Of a stretch of DNA of 62,520 nucleotides, positions 20,070-30,272 are shown piece by piece (position 1 is the stretch's first letter; every line of letters begins with the position of its first letter). The stretch comes from Kiritimatiellia bacterium (GTDB taxonomy: Bacteria > Verrucomicrobiota > Kiritimatiellia > RFP12 > UBA3636), in contig JAEDLN010000002.1 of the NCBI GenBank assembly GCA_016295275.1, positions 1 to 62,520 on the forward strand, given 5' to 3'. The notes under the pieces are model-generated. The model did not search any database, had not been told where the DNA came from, and worked only from the letters and a program-made list of their open reading frames with translations. The position numbers and the translations under genes were made by a program.

Positions 20070-22616
20070 TTACACCGTGAAGGTATGCACACCGGCCTCG
20101 AGTGTTTTGGGCAATGTGTCGGGGGCGCCGGGAATATCGAGTGTTGCCGTACAGCCAAACGGGATTCGGAAGCGGTAGGAAACCGTGTCATCGGCGTTTA
20201 TTTTCCATTCCGATTCGTACACACCGCAAGGGGAGAGGAAGGAAAGCCGCGCTTCGCCCAATTTTTTGGAAGCAAGCGGACGGAGGAATACATGCCGGAA
20301 TCCGGGAATGGAGGGATCTGGATTAAGACCGCAGACGCCACGATATACCCATTCTTCGACGGACCCGTAGGCGTAGTGGTTGAACGAGTTCATCGACATA
20401 TCGCTGGCCCGTGCGGCGGGCCCCTGTCCGTTCCAGCGTTCCCACACGGTTGTTGCGCCGAATTTCACCTCATAGAGCCAGCTGGGGTATTCCTCGCGCA
20501 ACAACAAGTCGTATGCGACATCGGCGTGGCCATTGTCGCCCAAAACGCGACAAAGGAAGTAGGTTCCGACGAAGCCGGTTTCCAAGGCATTCTTGTTGTT
20601 CCGTATTTTTTCGGCAAGAATGTCCGCGCAGCGCTTCCGCATCTCCGTCGGAACGAGATCCATGGCCAAGGCGACGACATAGGCGGTTTGCGTATCCGAT
20701 GTGCAGCGGCCATTGGGCGAAAAGTACTCGTTTCGAATGGCTTGTTTGATTTCTTGAAGACGAATACGGTAGTGTTCGGCATCGGCGAATTCTCCCAAAA
20801 CCTCGGCTGCTCGGAGCGTCAATTCCGTGGAGAAGGCGTAGTAAGCGGAAGCGATGTAGTATGCGTCTGTACCGCCAAAGGCACTGGATGGATTCCGGAA
20901 GTTGTCGAGCGCAAGCCAGTCGCCAAAGTGGAATCCGGTCTGCCACAGGCGGTGATTTCCGTTGGTCTCGTCTTGTCTTTCGATGTGGCCGACCCACATC
21001 TTCATGGCCGGATACATTTTCCGGAGAAGCGATTTGTCGCCGAAGTAGGTGTAGACATTCCAGGGAATGACGGTAGCGGCATCGCCCCATGCGGAGGATG
21101 AATGCGAACTTTTGGCTTTATACCATTTTACAACAGAGGGAACGACAAACGGGACGCCGCCATCGTAATTCGGCTGTTCCAGAATCATTTCGTGAATGAA
21201 CTTTCCGTAGAAAGCAGGCGTATACATGTGGAAACAGGCCGTTCCGCTGAACGCTTGGGCGTCACCTGTCCAGCCAAGGCGTTCGTCTCGTTGCGGACAA
21301 TCGGTCGGCACATCGAGGAAATTGCCGCGCTGCCCCCAGAGTGTATTCAGGAAAAACCGATTCAAGAGGGAATTGGGAGTTTGAATGGAGCCGGTAATCC
21401 CTAAATCGGAGTGGATGACCACGCCGCGGAAATCTTTTGGATCAGGTTCTCCAACATATCCGGTAAGACGGAGATAGCGGAAGCCATAGAACGTGAAATG
21501 GGGGCGAATCCATCGTTCATCAGGCCCGGAGGAGGTGAAGGTGTAGAGCGCTTTTGCCTTGCGCAGATTGTCACGGAAAAAGTTTCCATCCGTATCGAGA
21601 ATTTCACCTGCCTCCAGCGTCCAGGTCGTTCCGGCCGGCATGCGATTGCGCACTTCAAACCATCCGGTCATTTCTTGTCCGAAGTCTAGAACGGTTTCAC
21701 CTTTTGGCGTGGTGATGATGGAAACAACTGGCAGCGTTTCGGTCCGACGGATGGGTGGACTGAAGCGATCCGAAAGAGGCGCAATCGTTTCCGTGAAAAG
21801 GACCGTCTTTTTCGATGGGGCATCGATAGTGGAAAGGGATTCGCGCGTGGTATCGTAAATCTCGCCGAGGTAAATACCGGAATCGACAACAGGGGAGGGG
21901 TAAGCGTCCCATGTGTCATCGGTTTGCGCAATGATTTTTCCATCGACTCGTACTTCGGCGATGGCGACCGGAATTGAGCCAAAGGGTGGATTGTCCGTTT
22001 CCCAGCCGCCCATGGAGGTGCCGTACCATCCGCGTCCGACATGAAGCTCGATGACGTTATCCCCATCGACTAAGATATTGGAAATGTCAAATGTCATGAC
22101 CGGCATTTCCAGATTGAACGGATGATATCCCGGAAGCAGAACTTCATCGGTGACCGGTTTGCCGTTCACGGTCGCCTCGAAAATACCGCCGGCGGCGCAG
22201 TAGAGACGCGCATCTCCCTTGTTTGCCGTAAAATGCTTCCGGATGATGAAATGCCCCGTTTGTCCGGCGTCTGGAGTCGTGATCCATTTTGCGCGCAAAG
22301 GCGTATGGATGAGTCCCGTCTCAAAGAAGGATGTTTCGGTTGCGGTTTCGCCATTGTCTGCTTCGACCGTGACACGCCAATAGTATCGTGTACAGGGAGC
22401 AAGCTCGAGTTTCGGCTGATAGTCAAGGGAATTCAGCGCTTGTTTTCCGCTATCGCTCACGATATCTTTGAAGAAACGGTCCGTAGATATTTCAACGCGA
22501 CTCCAATTAGGACGCTTGGCATTGTTCGATTCAGGTATCCACGAAAGCGATAGGGAGGATAGATCGTAGCCGATTGGTTCCGTATGATGATTGGCACGCA
22601 AGAAGTTGATTTTCAT
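20070..22616 (-). CDS. alpha-L-rhamnosidase (glycoside hydrolase family 78)
   Basis: Motif LDVPTDCPQRDERLGWTGDAQAF and the overall ~850-aa GH78 layout. Track start 22676 is TTG. ATG 22616 gives MKINFLRANHHTEPIGYD, the usual GH78 N-terminus. Confidence 0.88.
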   Translation of the reverse strand: MKINFLRANHHTEPIGYDLSSLSLSWIPESNNAKRPNWSRVEISTDRFFKDIVSDSGKQALNSLDYQPKLELAPCTRYYWRVTVEADNGETATETSFFETGLIHTPLRAKWITTPDAGQTGHFIIRKHFTANKGDARLYCAAGGIFEATVNGKPVTDEVLLPGYHPFNLEMPVMTFDISNILVDGDNVIELHVGRGWYGTSMGGWETDNPPFGSIPVAIAEVRVDGKIIAQTDDTWDAYPSPVVDSGIYLGEIYDTTRESLSTIDAPSKKTVLFTETIAPLSDRFSPPIRRTETLPVVSIITTPKGETVLDFGQEMTGWFEVRNRMPAGTTWTLEAGEILDTDGNFFRDNLRKAKALYTFTSSGPDERWIRPHFTFYGFRYLRLTGYVGEPDPKDFRGVVIHSDLGITGSIQTPNSLLNRFFLNTLWGQRGNFLDVPTDCPQRDERLGWTGDAQAFSGTACFHMYTPAFYGKFIHEMILEQPNYDGGVPFVVPSVVKWYKAKSSHSSSAWGDAATVIPWNVYTYFGDKSLLRKMYPAMKMWVGHIERQDETNGNHRLWQTGFHFGDWLALDNFRNPSSAFGGTDAYYIASAYYAFSTELTLRAAEVLGEFADAEHYRIRLQEIKQAIRNEYFSPNGRCTSDTQTAYVVALAMDLVPTEMRKRCADILAEKIRNNKNALETGFVGTYFLCRVLGDNGHADVAYDLLLREEYPSWLYEVKFGATTVWERWNGQGPAARASDMSMNSFNHYAYGSVEEWVYRGVCGLNPDPSIPGFRHVFLRPLASKKLGEARLSFLSPCGVYESEWKINADDTVSYRFRIPFGCTATLDIPGAPDTLPKTLEAGVHTFTV

Positions 22617-23380
22617 TTCAGGACTGTTTTGAAAGAAAATGAAGGGCATGTATTGGATTTCGAGTAAAGTATACAACCCGTTTTGGGGAAGCTACAAGCG
22701 AATCGAGAAGCAGGCTAATCCCCCATTTTCAAAAAGCCTTGAAAATAACGGGGAATCGTAGATTCTGGCAATAAAAAAATGTACGAAGACCTTTGTTTTC
22801 TACAAAGTCGGCAGAGATAAGACAAAAAAGCGTTCCCTTCAAGATCGCTTGGTGAATGGCAGGAACGAAGGGCTGGCGTTTCGTCGGATGTTTCTCGTCA
22901 TAGTAAATGCCATTCCTTGCTCGAGCAGTTTTCTTGTGCTTATGTTCCGAATTCAGAGCAAGTTGATGTCAGCGATAGAGCCGGAGGAATCGGAAAAACA
23001 TGGGAATCCGTTTGCGGTTGAACGTGCGGCGATGGCGTACACAAATAGAGAGGGAATGAGACCAAGGTGGATTTCTCACTTTTAGGCAAAACCGGTTTTG
23101 GGAAGGGAAGGGGGCTTATCCATTAGGCCTATTTCATCATTGACGCCATGAAGAATGTGCGAGCCGATCATAAAGCCGGAGAATTTCGGATAAATGATGT
23201 CATCGCTATAGCCGCAAGAATAGGGAGTTCCAAGACAATCTGTGCGTCGTTAACACGCGCCGCGATGTGACTCACCGAAATTAAGGGGGGATGACGGAAA
23301 CTTTCCCCTCTTTCAATCTTTTTGAAATTTTGATAGAATTGTGTGTGGTTTACGTTTGTACCTCCATTTTTATTCTCCTT

Positions 23381-24019
23381 ATGAAGCTTGCAAAAACTTT
23401 TCTTCTAAATCCATTTGCTCTTCTTCTTTCCGTTTTCGTATTTTGTATTTCAGGATGTGAAGGAGGAGATGATGGTCCTGCTGATGTTGGGGATAATGAT
23501 CCAGAATTGATTGCTTGTGTCGGTGATTCCATCACAAAAGGATACGCTTGCGACGGGAGTCCTTATCCGGCGTATTTAGCTTCCATGACAGGAAAACGCA
23601 CGATCAATTATGGTGTTGGCGGTCAGACTGCAAGCTATGGAGCTGCGATTATTGGCTCTGTTCTTGCAAATAAACCTGGTTATGTCTGCATCCTATTTGG
23701 TGCAAACGATACAATCGGAAATGATGAAGCGCAGTTCAAGGAAGCACTTCGCGCCATCGTTGTTGCCTGTAAAAACAATCAATCCATTGCGATTATTGGA
23801 ACTTGCACTCCGATGTATGGCGAGCATTCGATCTTCAATAACGGTAGCGAACGGATGGCTAAATTAGCCCGTGAAGTAGCTAAGGAAGAAGGAGTGAAGT
23901 TAGCTGACACACGCAAGGCGTTTGGCAACGATGAAAGCCTCATCAATAGCGATGGGCTTCATATGACTGCAGCGGGAAGCGAATTGATTGCCAAAACCTT
24001 TGCCCAAAAGATTCATTGA
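23381..24019 (+). CDS. SGNH/GDSL-family esterase, probable lipoprotein
   Basis: Block I CVGDSITKGY, block III FGANDT, block V DGLHMT. Start moved to ATG 23381 (MKLAKTFLLNPFALLLSVFVFCISGC is a lipoprotein-type signal with a lipobox Cys). Confidence 0.8.
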   Translation: MKLAKTFLLNPFALLLSVFVFCISGCEGGDDGPADVGDNDPELIACVGDSITKGYACDGSPYPAYLASMTGKRTINYGVGGQTASYGAAIIGSVLANKPGYVCILFGANDTIGNDEAQFKEALRAIVVACKNNQSIAIIGTCTPMYGEHSIFNNGSERMAKLAREVAKEEGVKLADTRKAFGNDESLINSDGLHMTAAGSELIAKTFAQKIH

Positions 24020-24131
24020 CAAACGAATGACCGCTTTGATTTCGTTTGCATTTTCGGTATAGATATTTCCTAATCATAATCGGAAGAGCAGGGGAGTAAA
24101 TTCTTATTTTTCTTCCAGCCGGAAAAGAATT

Positions 24132-24159
24132 GTGCCAAGGGGGAAGCTTTTCTTGGCAC
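24132..24159 (-). terminator. orphan hairpin terminator with no intact gene upstream of it
   Basis: GTGCCAAG-N12-CTTGGCAC is an 8-bp stem. On the minus strand it is followed by AATTCTTTTCC. It would terminate a minus-strand transcript coming from the decayed 24.2-25.3 kb region. Confidence 0.4.
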
Positions 24160-25462
24160 GATTCATGCTTACATAAAATCCGTTCAATTTCGATTCAAAC
24201 TTTTCCTGTAATTGGATTTTCTCGTGCGAAGTTTTTCTCTCCTCAATAGGTTGGTAATTTCGTCTTGTGGAGTGATTGGCTTATTTTGACGCTATCAGGT
24301 CGGAATGACGCATGGGGCATTCGGGTAACAGACACATTCTTGAGACAAAAGCACATAAGCTGAAGGTCCGAGTCTTTTCTCTTTTGAATCAGAATTACGA
24401 GGATCTTTCTTTATACTCAATTAGAGGATCAATCATTAGCCACTGAAGTAACTGATAGAATCCGTATACTTTCGATTGGGAAACTCGATCTGTCCTTGAA
24501 GTTTTTATCCCGTTTTCAAGATGACGTTGGTTGATAGCAGGGAATAAGGAATATTTCTCCCGCGTTATATCTATGTCGCATAATATATGTTATGTATAAT
24601 TTTGAAGGATCAAGCAGCTATCCATATCACGCCCGCTAAATTCGTCTGAATCATATGTGTGTAAATGTTCCAGCCGGAGACAATAAATCGTTCTTTCAGT
24701 TCCGTAAACACATACTCAATCACAGAGATCGTACTATCTTAAATCACTTAGCTATTACGGTCGTCCCGTTTCAATCTAGCAAAGAAAAGCGAATCTAGGT
24801 GAAAAATCCCATATATGGCGCAAGGGAATTGGGGATGGAAAACAAATCAGGGCTACCATGAACGAAACAATGACTCCGTGCAAATTCCCTTTTCAGTCGG
24901 AAAAAAATGAAAAGGAAGAATTGAATAATGTAATTCTCGGAGTGAATAGACTTGCATGATCCTCCATATCCATTTTTCTGACTGACAAGCAGAATAGAAA
25001 TCGAATATGCATCTATTTGATCGTATGCACGGAAAACCACCCCTTTTATCTGTTCTTTCGTAAGGCTTTTTTGCGAATCGTATCGTGAAATATCCTTTCT
25101 TGATAAACGATTCCTTCCCCACCTCAAATCCAAAAATACTGTGCGAAAATGTGGTTAGATGGACGAGTTTGCGGACCTTTCTGGATTGCAAATCCCGAAT
25201 GATGACCATTCTGGATATAACTGCATCGTGAATGATTGTTGATTTGCTCTTCTCTTCCCTTCCCTATTTTTCATCATTTCTATCAAGCAAGTTTCGTGCC
25301 ATCAGAATCACGTTCGAACTTCAATACCGATACGTCCTTCCCTCCCCCGCTAGATGAATGACGGAATAGAGGAATCTGAATTATTTCCGAAACTGTGTTA
25401 AAATCAATACATGAAAGTCGGCTCTATAGAAAATAACCTTACATACCGGAGAAGCTGAAGAG

Positions 25463-27547
25463 ATGACAGAACAACAAGAATGGACACTCCTGCCATCAGA
25501 CGTATTGCGTGGCGTGGCAACACGAAAAGACGGCAGAGTCCGGATTTCTCCCGATAACGATGGTATTGTTGAAATCCAGTTGGCAAAGGGCGATCTTGTC
25601 CAACAGTTTTCCCAATACCAATTTTTCGTTTTCATCATTCATGTGGAGATGGATGCCATGGTGGTTTCCGAATTCAATTTTTATCATCATGGCAACGAAA
25701 AACCGTCAAATGTCCTAACCTATCAGCTGATTCCATCTCATTCTGTGACGATTCCTGTACGCTTTCAGGATCTGAGGTCTGAAAAACTGTATTTGCAGAC
25801 AATGCCGGGAATGCTAAAGGCAAAATGCAAAGGGTTGCCATCTTCGATAATGGAGATGGAACGGGTTTCGCTGGTTATTTCATCCCCCTATTGTACTACG
25901 TTTAGATGGGTTGATATTGAAAAATGCTATCTTACGAACAAGCTGCCTTCTATAAACGTAACGGGAGAGCAGATGGTGGACGAGTTCGGGCAATGGATGC
26001 AGAAAGAATGGGAAGGCAAAATTCATTCGGAGAAGGAGCTAATCTCTTTTCTGCAAGCAGAGTACAAAGCGGCGATAGAAAACGGAAACTATCCGGATGG
26101 ATTCAGTCCATACGGAGGCTTTCTGAAAAAGAAATTCGCCAAAACCGGTTTCTTTCATATCCTGAAAACGAACAATAGGTGGTGGTTGGTCGATCCTGAT
26201 GGATACGGATTCTTTTCGAATGGAATCTGCTACGGTTCTAGGATGGGTGTTCATGGGTTTGTCGATGGCATGGAAAATCTGTTTTCCTGGCTTCCAAAGG
26301 ATTCGGACGACATTTTTGCGGAGGCGTGGACGAAAGCCGAATCGATTCCGGAATATGTCAAAAGAAATGGCAAAGGCACAGGCATAAACCGCAACATGTT
26401 TAATTTTGCCAGAGCCAACATGATTCGTGCCTTTGGGAAGGAACATTGGTGGGACGCATGGCATACGATCAACATAGCACGACTCAAGCGATGGGGATTT
26501 AATACCATTGGCATTGGCGTCAATCAATATATGGATGAAAACGTTCTTGAATATCTTAAACGAGCAAAGATTCCATTTGTCTGGACATTGAAACACTTCC
26601 CTTTGACAAAAGAGCGCATCTTTCGTGATTTTCCGGATGTTTATTCCGATGAATATCGCGAAAAAGCCCGTATTTTTGCAGAAGAACAGTTAACGCCATT
26701 TGTTGGCAACCCTTATTTGATTGGCTATTTTATTACCAACGAACCGGAATGGCGATTTCAGAATATTAATTTGGCGGAGCGTACTTTTGCGCATCCACAG
26801 CTTTTGGATAGCAAGGTGTTTTTGATCCAAACCTTGAAAAAGAAATATGGCAGTATTGAGGCGCTTAACAGAGCATGGAAGACATCGTTTAGCGGTTTTC
26901 TCGCCCTGCAAGAGCCGATGGAAAGTCCGGAGAACCTATCGGAAGATGCGATGAAAGACATGTGCGAGCTTCACGATATGTTGCTCCATCAGTATGAAAG
27001 AGTTGTTCATGAGGAATTGAGAAAAGTAGATCGAGAACACTTGGATCTTGGGATGCGCTATGCCTATGGAGGTAAAAGCGTCATGGGAGGGTGCAAGGAG
27101 CACGACGTTTTTTCATTCAACTGTTACTCGATCAGCCCCGAAAATCAGTTACAGACATGCAGTGCCGTAGCGGATATGCCGATGCTAATTGGAGAATGGC
27201 ATATAGGGGGTTCAAATCAAGGGAAGCTTTCCGGCGGTCTTTTATTCTCGCCAAATCAGGAAGAGAGGGGGAAAGCGATGGCGTACTATTTGCAGAGGGC
27301 TCTATCTCATCCCAATTGTATTGGAGCCCACTATTTCGAATGGAACGACCAGCCTCTTCTCGGACGTTTTGATGGAGAATGTATGGGACATGGTTTGATT
27401 GACATTTGCAATCGCCCATATGAAAAAACGATTGAACATATTAGAAGGACAAATCGAGTTATGTATGACTTTGTAGAAGGCAAAAGGAGCGTATCGGAGC
27501 CCATTGCACAGGTTGTCGATGTCCTACATAAAAAACGGACGTTCTAG
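25463..27547 (+). CDS. clan GH-A (TIM-barrel) glycoside hydrolase of uncertain family (GH50/GH42-like), with an unassigned ~170-aa N-terminal domain
   Basis: 694 aa. Candidate acid/base FITNEPEW (Glu codon 26741-26743) and candidate nucleophile LIGEWHIGG (Glu codon 27194-27196) are spaced about 150 aa apart, as in clan GH-A. RWWLVDPDGYGFFSNG precedes the barrel. No signal peptide is visible. Confidence 0.6.
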   Translation: MTEQQEWTLLPSDVLRGVATRKDGRVRISPDNDGIVEIQLAKGDLVQQFSQYQFFVFIIHVEMDAMVVSEFNFYHHGNEKPSNVLTYQLIPSHSVTIPVRFQDLRSEKLYLQTMPGMLKAKCKGLPSSIMEMERVSLVISSPYCTTFRWVDIEKCYLTNKLPSINVTGEQMVDEFGQWMQKEWEGKIHSEKELISFLQAEYKAAIENGNYPDGFSPYGGFLKKKFAKTGFFHILKTNNRWWLVDPDGYGFFSNGICYGSRMGVHGFVDGMENLFSWLPKDSDDIFAEAWTKAESIPEYVKRNGKGTGINRNMFNFARANMIRAFGKEHWWDAWHTINIARLKRWGFNTIGIGVNQYMDENVLEYLKRAKIPFVWTLKHFPLTKERIFRDFPDVYSDEYREKARIFAEEQLTPFVGNPYLIGYFITNEPEWRFQNINLAERTFAHPQLLDSKVFLIQTLKKKYGSIEALNRAWKTSFSGFLALQEPMESPENLSEDAMKDMCELHDMLLHQYERVVHEELRKVDREHLDLGMRYAYGGKSVMGGCKEHDVFSFNCYSISPENQLQTCSAVADMPMLIGEWHIGGSNQGKLSGGLLFSPNQEERGKAMAYYLQRALSHPNCIGAHYFEWNDQPLLGRFDGECMGHGLIDICNRPYEKTIEHIRRTNRVMYDFVEGKRSVSEPIAQVVDVLHKKRTF

Positions 27548-27856
27548 CTTTATCAGCAAAGAAAGCAGACTTCATATTTGACCAATGTCGTCTATGTCGT
27601 TTTCGAACGACGCTTATCCAAGGCAATCACGACCTTTCATGTCGTTCTGGGAAATCGGAACAGACAAGGGTATTTTCGGCTTGCGGGGTATTTTTCCGTA
27701 TCATGTTTACGATACGGGTAAGACAGGTTTGGCTTTTTCGGATCGATCTGCATTGACCCCCTTTGCTGTCGATCTTCGCTCAATGACGCGTTATTCTTCA
27801 AACCGAAAAGTGAAAATGTTCCCCTTCCCCGTTCGGAATGGGAAATGAAAGCATTG

Positions 27857-30088
27857 TCAGAAAGGATTCTTGTACTCAAACCGGCAAACGGGAAGATCAT
27901 ACTCAGGTTTGAGAGCAATAGCCTCATCTTGTGAAAGGTCGAGGAAGGAGCGGACGGCGTTTTGCAGTCTTTTGGACAGAGCGTTCCGTTGATGGGGCGA
28001 AGTGGCATTTTCAATGAGATGATAGAGAGGCGTAATGGAGACGTCATTATCATCTGTGCGGCTGCAGTGAAGAATCTTAAAAGAAGCTTTGACAAAGGCG
28101 ATCTTTCCGTTTTCATTGCGTGAAAAAACAGGACGCACCATCACCGAATCGAACTCCGGTTCAGTCGTTTGCGCATCTACCGAAAGACTCGGAATCGCAA
28201 ACAGATTTCCCAAACCGTAGAATACAGGATGACCATCCATCCATGCGAACTTGCGAATAAAACCAGATTGGTTGCAAAAGATCATGTCTGCACCGGCATC
28301 AAGCAAGGAACGAATGAACGATTCAAGGTGAGCGTTCGAATTTTTCGTGTCCATGCCATCCGTTTGAAGAAGCGCAACAACATATTCTGCACCGGCATTT
28401 CGGGCGTCAACGATCCTCGCCCTAATGTCTGACGATAGCTCAGCCTTCTCATGTGGGTTGAACACGTTTGCAACGAAAGACTCTTGAGGGCCAAGAGGAG
28501 CGGAAAAGCCGAATGCAGAAGCGACAAATGCGATGCGGAATCCATTAACGTATCGGATAAGTGGCTTGTTATGCTCCTCAAGCGATCGGAATGTTCCTGT
28601 ATGTTCAATACCAAGCCGATCGAGCATATCAAGTGTTTTGACCGTTCCGCCGATCTCATTCTCCAGACAATGGTCCGGAGCAGTTGAAACGAGCAAAAAG
28701 CCTTTGTTATCGATTGCTTCGGCAAAAGTCGAAAGCGAATGATCGAAAGCAAAAGAGCAGCATTTTTCCGTTTTCGGAATGGCGGAAGAGGTCAAGAGAT
28801 GCGACACGCAGCAATCAACCGATTGAAGTTCAGAAGAAATCCGACTGAACAATTGTATGCTCTCGCAAACCCGCTCCCGATTCGAATCGATGGAATCAAA
28901 TTCAGAAGTCGGCCCAAGAGCTCCTGTCAAACAGAGAGTTGCGGTATCAGATTGCCTGTCTCGGTAGCACTTGAGTCCAAACTCATAAGCGGCATGTGCG
29001 ATGGAAGCTCCGTAGCGGAGAAAGCTACGCCGTGTCATGGTTGTTTCGCCAAAATTTGCAAAAGGAATCTCAATTGTACAGGCAAGACGAACAAATGAAT
29101 GGTGGGCATTGCCGTTCGCAAGACCTTTTCCATAACTAGGGCCCGTCCCGTGGTTTCGCGTGCAATTCCAAGAAACACCCCAACGGACTTTGTTGCTATC
29201 GCGAAAGGGAGCTTCGGGAGTAGAGTATTTTTGCAGCAGACGTGATAAACGGGCGATTTCCGCCTGAAATCGAGGAACGGCATTTTCAACGATATAGCTT
29301 TGTTCGTTGGTACTTCCGAAACGAATCCAAGGACAATGCAGATCCAGAAGAAGAAAGGGCTTTTCTCGTTCTATGAGTTCGCGAATCGCGCGAGTTTCCG
29401 GATAAATGGAATCGCCATAATAGTCACGTCCGTGGTCACGGGGAACTCTCCCCTTCCCTTGGTCGCCATCTTCAACGCCGTCCTTATCAACGAAAGGAAC
29501 AACAAATAGGGAGAATTCCCGACGAAAAGCATTGCCAAAATCGTTATCGGAAAGAACGGCTCGAAGAAAACCTTCAAGAGCGTGTGTTGCAGCCATTTCT
29601 TGGCAGTGATGCCGGGATGTGAGAAGAATGGCGTGATGAGGATTTCCCTCACGTATCGTAACAAGTTCGACGGAACGACCTTTCCTGCTGTTGCAGAGAC
29701 TTTCGAAATGAAATGCGGGATGGTGTGAAAACTCGTTGGAAAACCGATCAAAATCCCCTTGTAGATAAGGAATGGCCTGGCAAAACCATACCTCTTGAGG
29801 TTGTTCGCAGTCGTATGAGAATTCTTGCGTTTCCGGATAGAATTCGTCTGAAAGCCAGTACCAAGATTTCCCTTGATCCAGACTGATTGCGGCACTTCTG
29901 GTTCCAATTTTATTGGGGTGTTCAAAACGGAATGTATAATGTCCGGGCTTGTCGAAAATAGCCTTAAATTTCCAGTAAAACCATTCCTGTGCCGAATCCC
30001 GTTGTTCTTCGGAGAGAAGAAAACTGTATTCTTCTTGCTTGATTACACGGATATTTCCCGCAGGAAGATCGTTTGAAATCGTTGTCAT
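27857..30088 (-). CDS. fusion protein: M14 zinc-carboxypeptidase-like domain (N-terminal) + CapA/PGA_cap-like metallophosphatase-fold domain (C-terminal, metal ligands apparently lost)
   Basis: 743 aa. The N-half has the M14 zinc motif SRHHCQEMAATHALEG (HxxE) and a later LDLHCP His, preceded by a beta-rich pre-domain as in cytosolic-carboxypeptidase-type M14 enzymes. The C-half (from about aa 383, nt 27857-28942) follows the CapA block order: LCLTGALGP, STAPDHCLENEIGGTVKTLDMLDRLGIEHTG, NGFRIAFVASAFG, VVALLQTDGMD, LLDAGADMIFCNQSGF, YGLGNLF. Confidence 0.7.
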   Translation of the reverse strand: MTTISNDLPAGNIRVIKQEEYSFLLSEEQRDSAQEWFYWKFKAIFDKPGHYTFRFEHPNKIGTRSAAISLDQGKSWYWLSDEFYPETQEFSYDCEQPQEVWFCQAIPYLQGDFDRFSNEFSHHPAFHFESLCNSRKGRSVELVTIREGNPHHAILLTSRHHCQEMAATHALEGFLRAVLSDNDFGNAFRREFSLFVVPFVDKDGVEDGDQGKGRVPRDHGRDYYGDSIYPETRAIRELIEREKPFLLLDLHCPWIRFGSTNEQSYIVENAVPRFQAEIARLSRLLQKYSTPEAPFRDSNKVRWGVSWNCTRNHGTGPSYGKGLANGNAHHSFVRLACTIEIPFANFGETTMTRRSFLRYGASIAHAAYEFGLKCYRDRQSDTATLCLTGALGPTSEFDSIDSNRERVCESIQLFSRISSELQSVDCCVSHLLTSSAIPKTEKCCSFAFDHSLSTFAEAIDNKGFLLVSTAPDHCLENEIGGTVKTLDMLDRLGIEHTGTFRSLEEHNKPLIRYVNGFRIAFVASAFGFSAPLGPQESFVANVFNPHEKAELSSDIRARIVDARNAGAEYVVALLQTDGMDTKNSNAHLESFIRSLLDAGADMIFCNQSGFIRKFAWMDGHPVFYGLGNLFAIPSLSVDAQTTEPEFDSVMVRPVFSRNENGKIAFVKASFKILHCSRTDDNDVSITPLYHLIENATSPHQRNALSKRLQNAVRSFLDLSQDEAIALKPEYDLPVCRFEYKNPF

Positions 30089-30207
30089 GGAAACTAATTG
30101 AACGAAAAGCGCGAATGGAATATATGGTCGGAAATGCGTCTATCTGGGAAAGTCCGAATACTGCCGTTATTCAAAAAGGCGCGATGTCCTTTCCCTTCGG
30201 AAACGAT

Positions 30208-30249
30208 TGAGGAAAAGGGGAGGAAATTCGCAAGGAATTCCCTCCCCTT
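30208..30249 (-). terminator. rho-independent terminator after hydA
   Basis: AAGGGGAGGAAATTC-GCAAG-GAATTCCCTCCCCTT is a 15-bp stem with one mismatch. On the minus strand it is followed by TTTCC. It lies 24 nt past the hydA stop. Confidence 0.55.
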
Positions 30250-30272
30250 CCAATTACTTGCATTCGCAAGCG

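Noticed and set aside
19863-21101. 412-aa ORF on the plus strand
   Set aside because: It runs entirely antisense to the GH78 rhamnosidase gene, which has strong family motifs. The translation has no motifs and is Gly/Arg/Val-rich. It is a typical shadow ORF.
22849-23085. 78-aa ORF in the GH78/SGNH intergenic region
   Set aside because: It has no recognisable motif, and it lies in a divergent promoter region. Neither strand gave a convincing translation on hand inspection.
24795-25209. Two overlapping minus-strand ORFs (112 and 118 aa) in the AT-rich stretch
   Set aside because: They overlap each other in different frames and look like fragments of a frame-shifted, decayed gene rather than functional CDSs. 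They are reported as a possible pseudogene region in the findings.
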